NCBI GenBank assembly: GCA_965287045.1
Contig: OZ336881.1
Location: 52,080,001 to 52,144,000 of the forward strand
Origin: Carcharhinus amblyrhynchos
Lineage: Eukaryota
Direction of reading: 5' to 3'
DNA length: 64,000 bases
Shown here: one piece after another, positions 37,701-49,875 of the stretch
How positions within the stretch are numbered: position 1 is the first letter of the stretch
Layout of the letters: every line of letters starts with the position of its first letter
The notes under the pieces: model-generated
The model's database searches: none
Told to the model about the DNA's origin: nothing
What the model saw: the letters and a program-made list of their open reading frames with translations, nothing else
Translations under genes and position numbers: made by a program

Positions 37701-39254
37701 ATGCTTTCTCTATTCTTTTCTTGTAATGTGTAAGCAATTTACATAACAGCGCGGATCCCTTTAAGTTTTTTTGTGCACCTTGCAGGAACTGTCCAGCTAG
37801 GGCACAGGGATTAAATCTGTTTACATTGCTGAACTTGTGTGTGGCCTGCAGGGGGACTTTCAGGTTGCTGCTTGGCTTAACAGCTTAAAGGGAACACTGA
37901 TAGTATCTCCGCTACACAGAACTTATAGCTCCTGTTAGTAAGTATCTAGGGCAGAGAACCTGATCAACATTAAAATCAGAGTGATTCATCTATTAGAGCT
38001 CTGTTGGGTATACCACCAACCTTCTGAAATAGAGGGTTCCCTTCTTAGGCTATTCTGATGGATTTCTGCTGTAAAACCAGACTGAGGCATCAAATAGGTG
38101 ATCATCTACTGCATGCTCGATAACTTTGCCCTCTAAGTGTGCCAGCAAATAACTGAGTAAAGGTTTACAAACAGAATTCCTCCAAAAGCACCAACAGTTC
38201 CTTCTCTCTTCTCACCAAGGTCCATACGCCCATTACATACTGCCCTAAAAGTATATCCTTTATTAAGTTTTATACCATCAGTACTGTGAAAGTTAAATGG
38301 AGAAGGAAGACAAGCTATCACAAGATCAGCAATGTAAGCAGATTTAATCCCTGTGCCCTAGCTGGACAGAATCAATCAACAGGAAGTGGCAATGGGCTGG
38401 CATTTAAGTTGAAATGTTGGCGAGCAAGCTATGGTTGCTGGTGCTCTCTTCAATTGCCAGGAGGGATACTCAGGAGGGTCTATAATGAGAATGGCCGGCC
38501 TGAGGTCAGGAAGGCTCAAACTTTCCTTGTGAGGCTCAGAGGGGTCCTCCCACCCCTGGCTCCATAGAAAAGTCAAAATAATTATTTTTGGGTCTTTTCT
38601 AGCTCCAACTCCTCTTTCTACTAGTTTTGTTTGGCAAGATAACAAAACAAAACATTTCCCAGGTTGGCCTTTGGTTAAAATAGCAGTCAGGTCCTGATGA
38701 TATAGTCAGAGCTCAATCTGCTTATTAAACAAAGGATCCCACTGGTTTTCAGTGCTCAGAAGTTTAGGTTAATAGAAGATTAAATATACAACAATAGCTT
38801 ATCTTTAATGTCATATATTACAAAGAATTAGACAACTAAAAACCTCCATGGTGCAAAACCTTGATGCCTGATTTCTGTTGAATTTTGCCTAGTCTTCTGT
38901 CCTATGAAATGATGTTGGCCAGGGTTTGGCAGTTGGAAAGCTGCTAAACATTCACGGAGGCACTTGAGACATCCTTAGTTGGCAATGTCGAGAAGATCTG
39001 GATGCAGAGGGTCTGGTTGCAGACTGTTGCATAATTGCCTGGCACCAGAAAGATCACTGGTTAAGAGATTTGAGGGATATAGCAGGCATTGTGCCATGCT
39101 GAGAAGGGGCAAAGTATGCCTCTTGCATGATGCCACTGCCATTTCCATTTGAGAAAACTTCAGCACCCCAACGCCTTGCTCCGTCCGAGACCAGAATGTA
39201 TGATTCTCATGAGGCCGCAAAGCCATTTTCCATAATCTGCCTCATAGCTTAGAT

Positions 39255-39482
39255 ACAGTAAGAAGTCTCACAACACCGGGTTAAAGTCCAACAGATTTAT
39301 TTGGTAGCGAGACACTTTGTGTCTTTATATGCCCTGTTTGTGAACTAAAATCCCATTCACCTGACGAAGGAGCAGCGTTCTGAAAACATGGCTTTTGCTA
39401 TCAAATAAACCTATTGGTCTTTAACCTGGTGTTGTGAGGCTTCTTACTGTGTTTACCCCAGTCCAACGCCGGCATCTCCATA
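39255..39482. mobile_element. Penelope-like fold-back insertion (family A) with a 13-bp TSD
   Basis: tcatagctt(a/g)gat at 39242-39254 and 39483-39495; arms at about 39255-39308 and 39396-39450 are inverted. Confidence 0.8.
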
Positions 39483-39894
39483 TCATAGCTTGGATGCCAG
39501 AGGAGATTGGCAGCATTTGAGTTCCTAGTGAAGCTGTCAGAGCTTCCAGCAGAGGCTCCATCACTGCAGGATATCCTGCAGCTGATTTAATGCTCCCTGG
39601 TTAAGTACACCAGGATCCTAATAGGACCTCATCCTCTGGGGAACTGGCATGACAATCCAATGCAAATAGCAGCCTCAGCTCTCATTCTCTGTGCCTCAAA
39701 GTACGTATCTGTAACCTTTGCAGCAGGGCTACAGTGGGAGCTCTTGCTCTCCTTTAAGCTGCCGTATGAGTAGAAGAAGTTGGAGTGAAGTGTGTTGCAC
39801 TGATTGGAAAAAATGAAGGGTAGCTTGGTTGGAAAGCCTTGTGCGTATTGGAATTGCAGCTGGTGCAGAGTTAGAGAGAGCAATACAAGATATA

Positions 39895-41265
39895 TGAAAC
39901 ATAGAGACTAGAAGCAGGGGTAGGCCATCGGTCCTTTGAACCTGCTCCATCATGCATTTTGATCATGGTTGATCATCAAATTTAATATCCTGATCCCTCT
40001 TCCCCCTATATCCCTTGATCCCTTTAGCCCCTAGAGCTATAGCTAATTTCTTCTTGAAATCAGACAATGTTGTGGCCTCGTTTACATTCTGTGGTTGTGA
40101 ATTCCAACATTCACCACCCTCTGGGTGAAGAAATTTCTCCTCACCTCAGTTCTAAAAGGTTTACCTGTTATTCTCAACTTATGTCCTTAGTTCTGGACTC
40201 TCTCTCCATTGGGAAAATTCTTTCTGAATCTACCCTGTCTAACCCTATTAGAATTTTATAAGTTTCTATGAGATCCCCTCTCACTCTTTTAAACTCCAGT
40301 GAATATAATCCTAACCAATTTTGTCTCTTCAAATGTGACAGACTTGCCATGCTAGGAATTAGCCTGATAAACCTTCGCTGTACTCTCTCTATAGCAAGGA
40401 CATCCTTCCTCAGATAAGGACACCAAAACTGCACACGATACTCCAGATGTGGCCTCACCAATGCCCAATTAAAATTGCAGCAAAACATCCCTAGCCCTAT
40501 GTTCAAATCCTCTTGCTATGAAGGCCAACATACCGCTTGCCTTCTTTACTGCTTGCTGTACCTGTGTATTTACTTTCAGCAACTGAAAGGACACCAAGCT
40601 CTCACTGAGTATCCACCTCGCTCAATTTACACCCATTCAAGTAACAATCGGTCTTCCTATTATTGCTACCAAAGTGGAAAATCTCACATTTATCCATATT
40701 ATAATGCATCTGTCATGCAGATGCCCACACACTCACCTGTGCAAATCACACTGAAGCATCTCTGCATCTCCTCACAGCTCACCCTCCCACCCAACTCTGT
40801 ATCAGTTGCAAATTTGGAGATAATTGGAGGTAAATTTGGAGGTACATTTAGTACCCTCTTCCAAATCATCAATATACAATGTGAACAGTTTGGGTCCTAG
40901 CACAGAGCCCTGCAGAACCACACTAGCCACTGGTTCCAATCAGAAAATGACCTATGTACGTCAACTCTTTGCTTCCTATCTGCTAACCAGCTTTCTATCC
41001 ATCTCAATTACCTGCAATTCCATGTGTTTTAACTTCACATAGTAGTCTGTTATGTGAGAACTTGTCGAAAGGCTTCTGAAAGTCTAAATAAACCACATCC
41101 ACTAGTTCTGCTCAGTTACATTCTCAAAGAATCCCAATAAATTCATCAAGCATGATTTTCCTTCTGCAAAACCATGCTGACTTTGTCTGATCATACCATT
41201 ACCTTCCAAATGCTGAGTTATGAAATCATTGACAATGGACCCTAGCAACTTCCCCAGTATCAACA
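39895..41265 (-). mobile_element. CR1 LINE fragment, about 1.4 kb
   Basis: ORF 40174-40506 LVRPHLEYRVQFW...RVRGDLIETYKIL, with upstream QGSVLGP and DFQKPFDK remnants. Confidence 0.92.
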
Positions 41266-42864
41266 GTCAGAGTCTTATTTTTGCAACCCTGGTGAGATCA
41301 TTAAACTTCTTCTGATATTAAAGCCAGGTTGTTGGGGCAGCATCCAGCATTGACATGGAAATGTGCCCACAAGGCACTGCCACTGCTGCTCCCAGCAAAC
41401 CTGGCAGGATCAGGGAGAAATTCCTTCTTTTAATATGAATAGAAAGTGCCTGCACTTCTAAAGAGGAATCTGGGATCATTGTCCTACAAGGACATTGCAA
41501 TCAGCAGTGGTGATTATTGTTGGAATGGGAGGGGGAGGTATTAGAAGGTGTTATATGTTTTGTGTGGCCGGTGTCTGGAATTATTAAGAGGGGCTTCAGA
41601 CATAGTTATGAACAAAACGTATTTATTGAATTGAGAAACTTAGGTACAGGGGGTTTATGTAGCATGATGAATGCCCTGGGGCAGAGCCCCAGTTCTACAT
41701 GTTTACTGCACGCTTCCAGAAGATTCTCCACAGAGAGGATTCCACCCTCTGGTGTGAACACTCACTCTCAGTTTCTATTCAAGTCACCTGACGCTCAATT
41801 GTTATACTACCTTAAAGAGACAGACACTACAGAAGGGAAGTGATATTTTTGAAAAATATGTTTCATCTTGAGGAGTTCACCCTCTGCTTGTCCAATGTCA
41901 ATGGACTTGTTTGGGTGGGGAGAATGCTTTATTCCTTACAAGGCTATTAGGAAACGTTCATGCATTACCAGATACTGGAGTGTCTTGCCTCCATATTAAT
42001 ATGTAACCATTCTGTCGTAGACCTACTGCAGTTAAGGCTGTAGATCTATGGATCCAAGATGCTCATGACCTTACTCCTCCACCTGTACAGATATCTTTAA
42101 TACCTTTCGCTGAGATGATAGTCACTTTTTGTCAAATATTCAATTTCTTTAAAAGCACTGTGTCCTGTCCCTTGCTAACTGGCTGTTACAGTCAGGTCAC
42201 CATCAGCAATGACAGGTTTCAGTATGCCTTTAGAATTTTCAGAGGCAGAGATGTGATGAATAAGAAAATTAATAGCCACTGGTATTCAATTATTTCAACA
42301 AAATGCAGTACATGCAAGTGATATTAACCACAGCAGAATGAATACTAATTCAGCAGGGTCATGAGATTAATCCATTGAGATGTTAATGTAATGCAGACCT
42401 ACACTGTGGGCTATCAGCTGGTGGTAAAAGGTTGCTCTGTGATCTACGTGCTGAGCTAATGAACATGCAGCTCGAATTTTACTCAACCAAATGGCAGTGT
42501 GTTAAGTTTATCGCTTTGGTTTATTATAACAATGGGATTTATGGCGTCGACGGATCTCTAACAGTTGGCAGATGTTTAACAAGAAGCATTGGGTTTCTAC
42601 TCTATGCTGCCAGTTCATCAATTTGATTAAAGTTTAGCTTTACAATTCTCATATTAAAGTGCCATAAATTTAGGTTTTACTATCAAAAGGAAATTATTCT
42701 GGAATTTTCAATCATTTTCTGTTAAAGTTCTGAAGTCTGAGGAATATGCCTTACTCCAGCTGAAGAAGTGAGATGAATGAATTGGAACTGATGAGAGAGT
42801 ATAAATAAACTGAGGAAGGCTCTACTGTTTTATTAAATGATGAATTGTATTATTCCAAAACATG

Positions 42865-42990
42865 GGGCAGAATTTCCCATCTCGCCCGCAGTGGGGATTG
42901 TAGCAGGCGGGACACAGACCATACAAAGATCTGTCAATCTCGGGTAGGATTTTGTGGCATTGTGGCGAGCATGGCTGGAAAATCTCACCC
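42865..42990. mobile_element. 126-bp MITE with a 3-bp TSD (ATG)
   Basis: atg|GGGCAGAATTT...AAAATCTCACCC|atg. Confidence 0.8.
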
Positions 42991-44169
42991 ATGATATTTT
43001 GCAGTTTTGTAAATGCAGCAAGTTGGCGGTTAAAGGTTTTCTCCTTTACATATGTTTACACAAAATTCAAGGCAGGATAATGTGTGATGTTATCCCAGAA
43101 AATTAGTTAGCCACGATATTGGAGGGAAGCATGAATTATTCAAATTAAAGAAAATTCTAGTCAATTGTAAAACTGACAATGAGAAAGATTTAGACTTGGT
43201 TCTCCATCCTGACTCATACCTATCGTGTAGAATAATCAATTATTTTAAGTTTTCCTCCACGCTCCCATCAATTAGCTTTGATTGAGTGAGATTGATTTCC
43301 CTCTATATACTAGGTGAAGTATGCCTCTTTCAGGGGTACAATGTTGAGGAGAAGTTGCTGTGCCAGGTTTCTGTCTCATTTGTATTTAACAGACTATTAG
43401 TTGTGGACAAGTGCAGGCTGTTTAATATAAAGGACGCTGAGTGATATTGTGAAACGTAAACCATATTTCTTCATTTCCACTACCCACTGGCTGAATGCAG
43501 ACTACCATCATTAGAAACAGTTCTTTGACTTCTAATATCCACAAGTGAAAATGTTGCCACTGTGAGAGCCAATGTCACCCATTGCTGGGCCTTAGCCTGC
43601 GCCATCTCTTGACCTCCATGGCTTGTTAATCTATGGGTGAGCTGATCTCATTAACACAATGACATTGCAAAAGCCAATATTAATCTCTCTTTGCATTTAA
43701 TCAAAACCACGGTAATCTTATCCAATCAGGAAATAAATTTGCAGCAAAAGGCTGCACAGTATCATTCTGAACTTTGAGGAGAGAGAACAAACACTGAGGC
43801 TCAGACTCAAATTGCTTTGGAGCTGTCATTTGCTCTACAGGCAATTCCATGTTTTCAATGCCATGTGTAAGAACATTTGATAATGAAAGTTGTGAAGCTT
43901 GCCATCTCAGGACCATCAGGGCAACCCTCTGCTTTACCTCCGATAGTTCCCTTTCAATTCCTGCGCCCCCTCTTCCTTAATGAGCAGTGTCATTCCAGGG
44001 CCTCACCCTCTTCAAGGTCCACACCTCTCTGGATGATCATGATATGGGGGGGATGCAACAAACCTCTATAATGTGTGAGAATATTCCTGGGATCCACTGC
44101 AGAACCCCATCCAATCAATCAAGAAGGTCGAAGGTGGTCTTTATAGGCAGATGGCTTTTTTTATTATTT

Positions 44170-44560
44170 AATCTTTCATGTGGTGTGGACATTGTCTGTG
44201 GAGACCAACATTTGTTGTCCATCCCTAATTGCCCTTGAACTGAATGCCTTGCTCAGACATTTCAGAGGGCAGTTAAGAGTCAACCTCATTGCTGTGGATC
44301 TGCAGTCACATGTAGGTCAGATCAGGTATGACTGATGGATTTCCTTCCCTAAAGGGCATTGCTGAAACAGATGGGTTTTCATGACAATCAATAATAGTTT
44401 CATAGTCACCATTACTGAGATTAGCTTTCAATTCAAGACTTATTTTTATTAATTGAAGTTAAATTCTGCCAGCTGCTGTGGTGGGGTTTGATCCTTTGTC
44501 CTCAAAACATTAATCCGGATGACCAGTCCAGTGACATTACCACTATGTCACAGTCTCGCT
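44170..44560 (-). mobile_element. SINE, third family
   Basis: Same core and tail as 36781-37155. Confidence 0.8.
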
Positions 44561-44569
44561 TAATCATGC

Positions 44570-45400
44570 CTCTATGGCTCTGTCTCGAGGTCACTTAAAG
44601 ATGTGAGCAACCATTTCTTCAAGGAAGCCATCCACAGAAAAAGGTGATGACATGAAGAGCTGTGGCAGCCTGGACTGCCAGAGGATGAAGGTGCCAGAGT
44701 AGACCAGGCACACATGTAGAAAGCACTTCTCATGATCATACACCAGCTGAACATTTCGGGGTTGAGAAATCTCACTGGCTGCTCAATCGGTGCCTTGATC
44801 ACCATGTGGCTGCAGCTCGATGAGGCCCTGCAGCTAGGAACACAGGAACAGGAGGATGCCATTCAGCCCATCAAGCCTGCTCCGCTATTCAATACGACCC
44901 TGGCTGATTGGACATTTCAACGTCTTTTACATACGCTATCCCCATAGCTGCTTACATCATAGGGATGCAGGAGGTGAGTTGCACTATGCCTATGAAGCTC
45001 TATCAGTGCAAATTTTATATACTGCCTAGCTTTCACAGTGGGAACATCAGTGACCTGCAAGATACAATAGTATGTTGCTGCTTGAGAGACACCAACAAGG
45101 TCCACAACTGATTCTTGGAAGGAGCCAGAAGCGAAGACGTTCATATGCTTAGTGGCTTTGACAGTACTGGCAGGGCATGGCCATCAATGCTGCCAGGTTT
45201 GAGATCTTCTTCAGTGAGGACACAAATCTCAGTGACCAACTGTGTGGACAGATGCAGCCTCCTGTTGCACTGCTCTTCCAACATGTCCAGGTAGCTTCTT
45301 CTTTGGCGGCACACGCAGTATTGTGGATATGGTCTGCATGTCCTTCCTGCCCTTTGCCCCTCTCCTGTGTCCTCCTCACGCCCAGATTCTGCCCCTGCTC
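44570..45400 (-). pseudogene. PIF/Harbinger (HARBI1-like) transposase remnant, interrupted by a CR1 tail (about 44837-44970)
   Basis: YLDMLEEQCNRRLHLS...NVFASGSFQESVVDLVGVSQAATYYCILQVTD...ARQYIKF and CSHMVIKAPIEQPVRFLN align by eye to HARBI1 ([30 protein letters not shown]...CIHVAIKAP). Confidence 0.85.
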
Positions 45401-46169
45401 CTGAGGATGTCAATCCTCATCACCTTTTGTACCAATACCTGAGCAATCCCATTTCCATCTGTTGCCTTTCTCTCACTCATCTTCACTCTCAGTAGAATCA
45501 CAGGATTTATACAGTGCAGGAGGAGGCCATTTGGCTCACTGAGTCTGCACAGGCTCTCTGAATGAGTGTTTTCCTTAATCCTGCTCCCTGGCCTTATCCC
45601 TGTAACCTTACACTTTGTTTCTTTTCGGACAGCCCACTCAACCTCACCTCATAACTCCACAATGCCAGGAAGGTTATGGCATCCTCCACTGCCTGAGTGC
45701 ACACAGGTCGCTCACTTTGCAACTTCGACATACTTGCGTACCTATGGTTGAGTGTCACTTTCAGACATGGTCCCTTTAACGGACGCACCTAAGTTGATGG
45801 TGCAGGAGTGACCGGCTTCCCAATGTGGGTCCTTAATCAGTTAAAAAAAAGCTCATTCATAAGATTAATTGGTCTCTTTTTAAAATCCAACAAGTTGCTG
45901 GATCTCTTTTTCCTCTGTCCTGATCAAAATGGTTGGTGGCAGGAACAGTTATGTAAAATCAGTACACTGGTCGGCAGCACTAATAAGCGTGCCTGTTGCT
46001 CTCACCCTCGCCAGGACCTGAATATCCTGTCAGTAATGTAGAAGCAGATTACGCTTTGGGAATCTCTGTTCAACCTGTGTTTAGGGGTAGGATTATAATT
46101 GGAAAGTTAATCCCAATCTCATTTCAAAAATTGATAACATCAAAGAGAAATTAAGAGGTAAGGACTCAA

Positions 46170-46410
46170 AGTCTGGTTCAATTCCCAGCTTGGGTGACTG
46201 TCTGTGTGGCGTTTGCACATTCTCCCCGTGTCTGCGTGGATTTCCTCCAGGTGCGCTGGTTTCCTCCCACAGTCCGAAAGATATATTGGTTAGGTGCACT
46301 GACCATGCTAAACTCTTCCACTGGAGTGTGGCGACTAGGGGATTTTCACAGTAACTTAATTGCAGTGTTAATGCAAACATATTTGTGACACTAATGAAGA
46401 AACTTTAAAT
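46170..46410 (+). mobile_element. V-SINE, second tail type, 5'-partial
   Basis: B box, V core and ggagtgtggcgactaggggattttcacag tail. Confidence 0.85.
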
Positions 46411-47269
46411 TTTCTTCTGTCTGTGGTTTATAAGTTGATATTTTTCTTTGTAATAGTCTGATGGAATAACCAAGCAAACGTGCACACATATCTCCCTTAT
46501 AGCAGGTGACAGCTGTGCACAAAATACTGACCACAAACTGGATATAAATATTGAATGTTGTGCATGCTATGCAAAAAGTCAGCATTTATTCTCACAATAT
46601 GCTTTAGAAGATGGTACAGGAAAATTAAATTTCAGCTTCATCAAGAAGTGACTAAACAAATGTACCATTCCGTAATCAAATTTATCAGAAACTATTTGTA
46701 TAATTAAACATGATTACTGTCAAAGCTGGTATGGGTCAACATATGCATTTGTAAGTAATTTGTATCATGTCAGAGTGAATGGACAGTCTAGATGTATGAG
46801 CTTATAGGGTTAAATTAGGTTCAATAAAAGCCAATTACACAGTGATCAATCAGGATGATAGATCAAAACAGCTTTGAAAGGAGACCTGGTGAGTAATTTT
46901 CAGCAGGAGCACGTTCTTCCCTAACTTCTTTCAAACACGGAAAATGAGCAGAGCTCAGAATCAATCCTGAGTACAATGGATGGAGTTTATACCTGGTAAT
47001 TCAATAGGAAATATCAAACACTTATTCGCCTTTTTGTATTCTTAGTTTTTAGTGTTTTCTGATGAATGAACAATGAGGCAAAGGAGTAGTATCACCAACT
47101 TTATAGTTTATCCACAAAATGTTGAAAGATTTATTTGACCCAATAGGGTGTAACTCAAATATACATAAACAATGTTTTTCTCCCTGCCACACTTTTCCAA
47201 TAGTAAGTGATAGTCCCTTCCTCCAAATTTTGCAAATATCAGCTCATCCAAAGATCTGCTATCCATATC

Positions 47270-47480
47270 AATTCCTTCAAGTCCTGTTCATCCATCTCCT
47301 CACTGACCTGACTTATCTTGGTCCCTCAATCCCTCAAAACTAACATTCTCATTCTTGTATTCAAATCGTTCTCTAGCCTTGTTTGTTCCTCTCCTTGTAA
47401 CTTTATCAAAGCCTACAACACACCCTCCTCAGTTCTCTATTTTACTGTCCCCAGCATCTTGTATATCCATCTTTCAGGAC
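47270..47480 (+). mobile_element. L2-like LINE fragment
   Basis: LTDL...VPQSLKTNILILVFKS resembles the L2 LHWLPV..FKILILVFK motif. Confidence 0.5.
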
Positions 47481-47954
47481 TGCTTGAGGCAAACAAGCAA
47501 CAAGACAAGAGTTTAAAATATACTGAACTGGTTTCAAAGCTGGAGGAACCACAATCAAGTCACGTGGGCCACTATCCCAGACATTATTTTTCTCTTTCTC
47601 TCTCTCCCTGCCCCTGCCAATCACTACTTACCCCAAGCTAAACTTTCTTACTGCAACCACGATTGTGATTCGAGTCGTTACCCTACCAGATCCTAGTTTT
47701 TACCCTCCCCAGGCCTTGAATCTATCAGCCATGATCACCATTGGCCAATACCCCATCCTTCCTGACCGCAGACACTACTATACACCTTTTTACTCATTTT
47801 ACTGCATGCCACCCCATATGGCTCCCATCCAGACCGCTCTCTCAGTCTCCTTTATGGGCCATGTTTGGCATTGCCAGTCTCCAGGACTTCCTCTCTGGCA
47901 AGGTTCCAGGGGATAATCTTACTAATAATGAGATGTGCTGCTCAGTGCTTTTTA

Positions 47955-48488
47955 AAAAAATTATTAGTATCACAAGTAGGCTTACATTAACACTGTATGA
48001 AGTTACTATGGAAATCCCCTAGCTGCCACACTCCAGCACCTGTTCGAGTACAGTTTGAGTGATTCACCAACTTCTTCACTCAAAGGGTGGTGAATCTCTG
48101 GAATTCTCTGCCCGTTGAAGTGGTGGAGGCTACCTCGCTAAATATATTTAAGACGGGGGTAGATAGGTTTTTGGTAGGCAAGGGGATTAAGGGTTATGGG
48201 GAGAAAGCAGGAAAGTGGAACTGACCCACTTCAGATCAGCCATGATCTTATTGAATGGCGGGGCAGGCTCGAAGGGCTAGATGGCCTACTCCTGCTCCTA
48301 TTTCTTATGTTCTTATGTTTGGATGAGTACAGTGAGGGAGAATTTAGCATGGCCAATGCACCCAGCAAAGATGCCTTTCAGACTGTGGGAGAACGTGCAG
48401 AATCTGCACAGTAATCCAAGTTGGGAATTAAACCCGGGTCCCTGGCGCTGTGAAGCAGTACTGCTAACCACTGTGCCATCATGCACCC
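47955..48488 (-). mobile_element. V-SINE (second tail type) split by a plus-strand CR1 3' end (48055-48324)
   Basis: gagtacagt duplicated at 48046-48054 and 48325-48333; the insert has FFTQRVVNLWNSLP and a cttatgttcttatgtt tail. Confidence 0.9.
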
Positions 48489-49604
48489 ATGGGCCACTGC
48501 ATTCAAGTGCTGTTATTCTTTGGTTGCTCAAATTTCTCAGCCAAATTATTTGTTTTTTCTGTTAGTTGTTAATGATAATGATGTTGAAATTGGGTTCGTA
48601 AGTATTACAACATAAAGGTGATGCTCTTTTCTCCCCCACCCACCGTCCTTTCACCAGCTATTTTCCAATCTAGGATTAATTGGCAGGCATTACATATCCC
48701 AGGTATTATATTTGTACATCGGGCTGGTGTATCTTTCTGTGCTCAGTGAAACTAAATTTTCTTTCCATGTTTTGCCATCTATCAAGATACATATACTGTG
48801 AGCGTAAAGTATCAAGAAATGCCTCCAGTATTCTGCTTCAAAAATACACTGCACTGCCTGTATGAATATGCCATTTTGTATTTCTATATAGTCTGCTCTA
48901 CATTTGTTCTAAATACCAATTCCTGGGGGATTTGGATTCTGATTTATCTCTGTTAAGAAGTAGGCTGAGATTCCTGTATTCACCCACTCAGGGTTTCCAT
49001 AATTATTGTTAAGGAGTCTAGATTTTGAGAACAAGTAGTTGGGGGAAGACAGAGAGAGTCACTTCCATATTGGGCGACCTGCATACCAATGTTATGAGCA
49101 TTATTAGAGTAGCAGACAGTTGAAAGCTATATAAATGCATTGAAGGCTGGAACCTTATGATTTCAGTCTCTGCCAGAAAAATGGTACCTTTTTTGGATTG
49201 GGAAGCCGATTTCCTAATGGGTGGGCTTCTCCAAGGCTCTTTCCCAGAGCATTAACATCCATTTTTTGAAATCCCCCTCCAATTAGGGAGTGCAGATGGG
49301 ATCACATGCCCATTCTATCAAAGCGAGGATATCTGATAAAGGGACAAAGAACCAAGAAGGCTGCCCCTAGACCTCTCAATCTTGCCAGAGGTGTCTCTGA
49401 GGAATCTGAGAGGCAGCTACCGAGTGAGCTCTCCCAAAGACACGAGGACCCACCTCTACTTTGTTAGGGAATTCTACCAGAATTGTTTGCACATTTGCAA
49501 ATGGTAATTTCTGAATTTTAGCTAGTTCAGTTGAAACACAAAGTGATGAAACACTAATAGTGCGTACATTTATGCAAAACCATATCTACTATTAGTCGAT
49601 GAGA

Positions 49605-49875
49605 AATTCACATAGAAGGGTTATCCAGACTCAAAGGGTGGAATTCTCCTATCCTGCCCACCATAGGAATCATAGCAGGTGGGACATAGACCATGCAAAA
49701 GTCCGATGACCTTGGATGGAATTTTCCGGTCTTGTGGCGAGTGCAGCTAATAAAATCCCACCCAAAGCCTTGGCTCTGTTCTCTCTTCGCAGATGCTGTC
49801 AGGCCTGCTGAAATTTTCCAGCATTTTCTGCTTTGGTTTCAGATTCTAGCATCCGCAGTCATTTGTCTTTATTCT
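49605..49875 (+). mobile_element. Penelope-like terminus (family B) interrupted by a 128-bp MITE (49636-49763, AAA TSD)
   Basis: aaa|GGGTGGAATTCT...AAAATCCCACCC|aaa; the flanks rejoin into the family B sequence. Confidence 0.78.

Noticed and set aside
38960-39930. Possible second (Myb-like) ORF of a Harbinger element
   Set aside because: Composition is suggestive but I could not read any diagnostic motif, so it is not supportable.
44917-45413. Host gene HARBI1 nested in the intron
   Set aside because: Frameshifted, interrupted by a CR1 tail, and a second diverged copy is present. It is a transposon fossil, not the domesticated gene.
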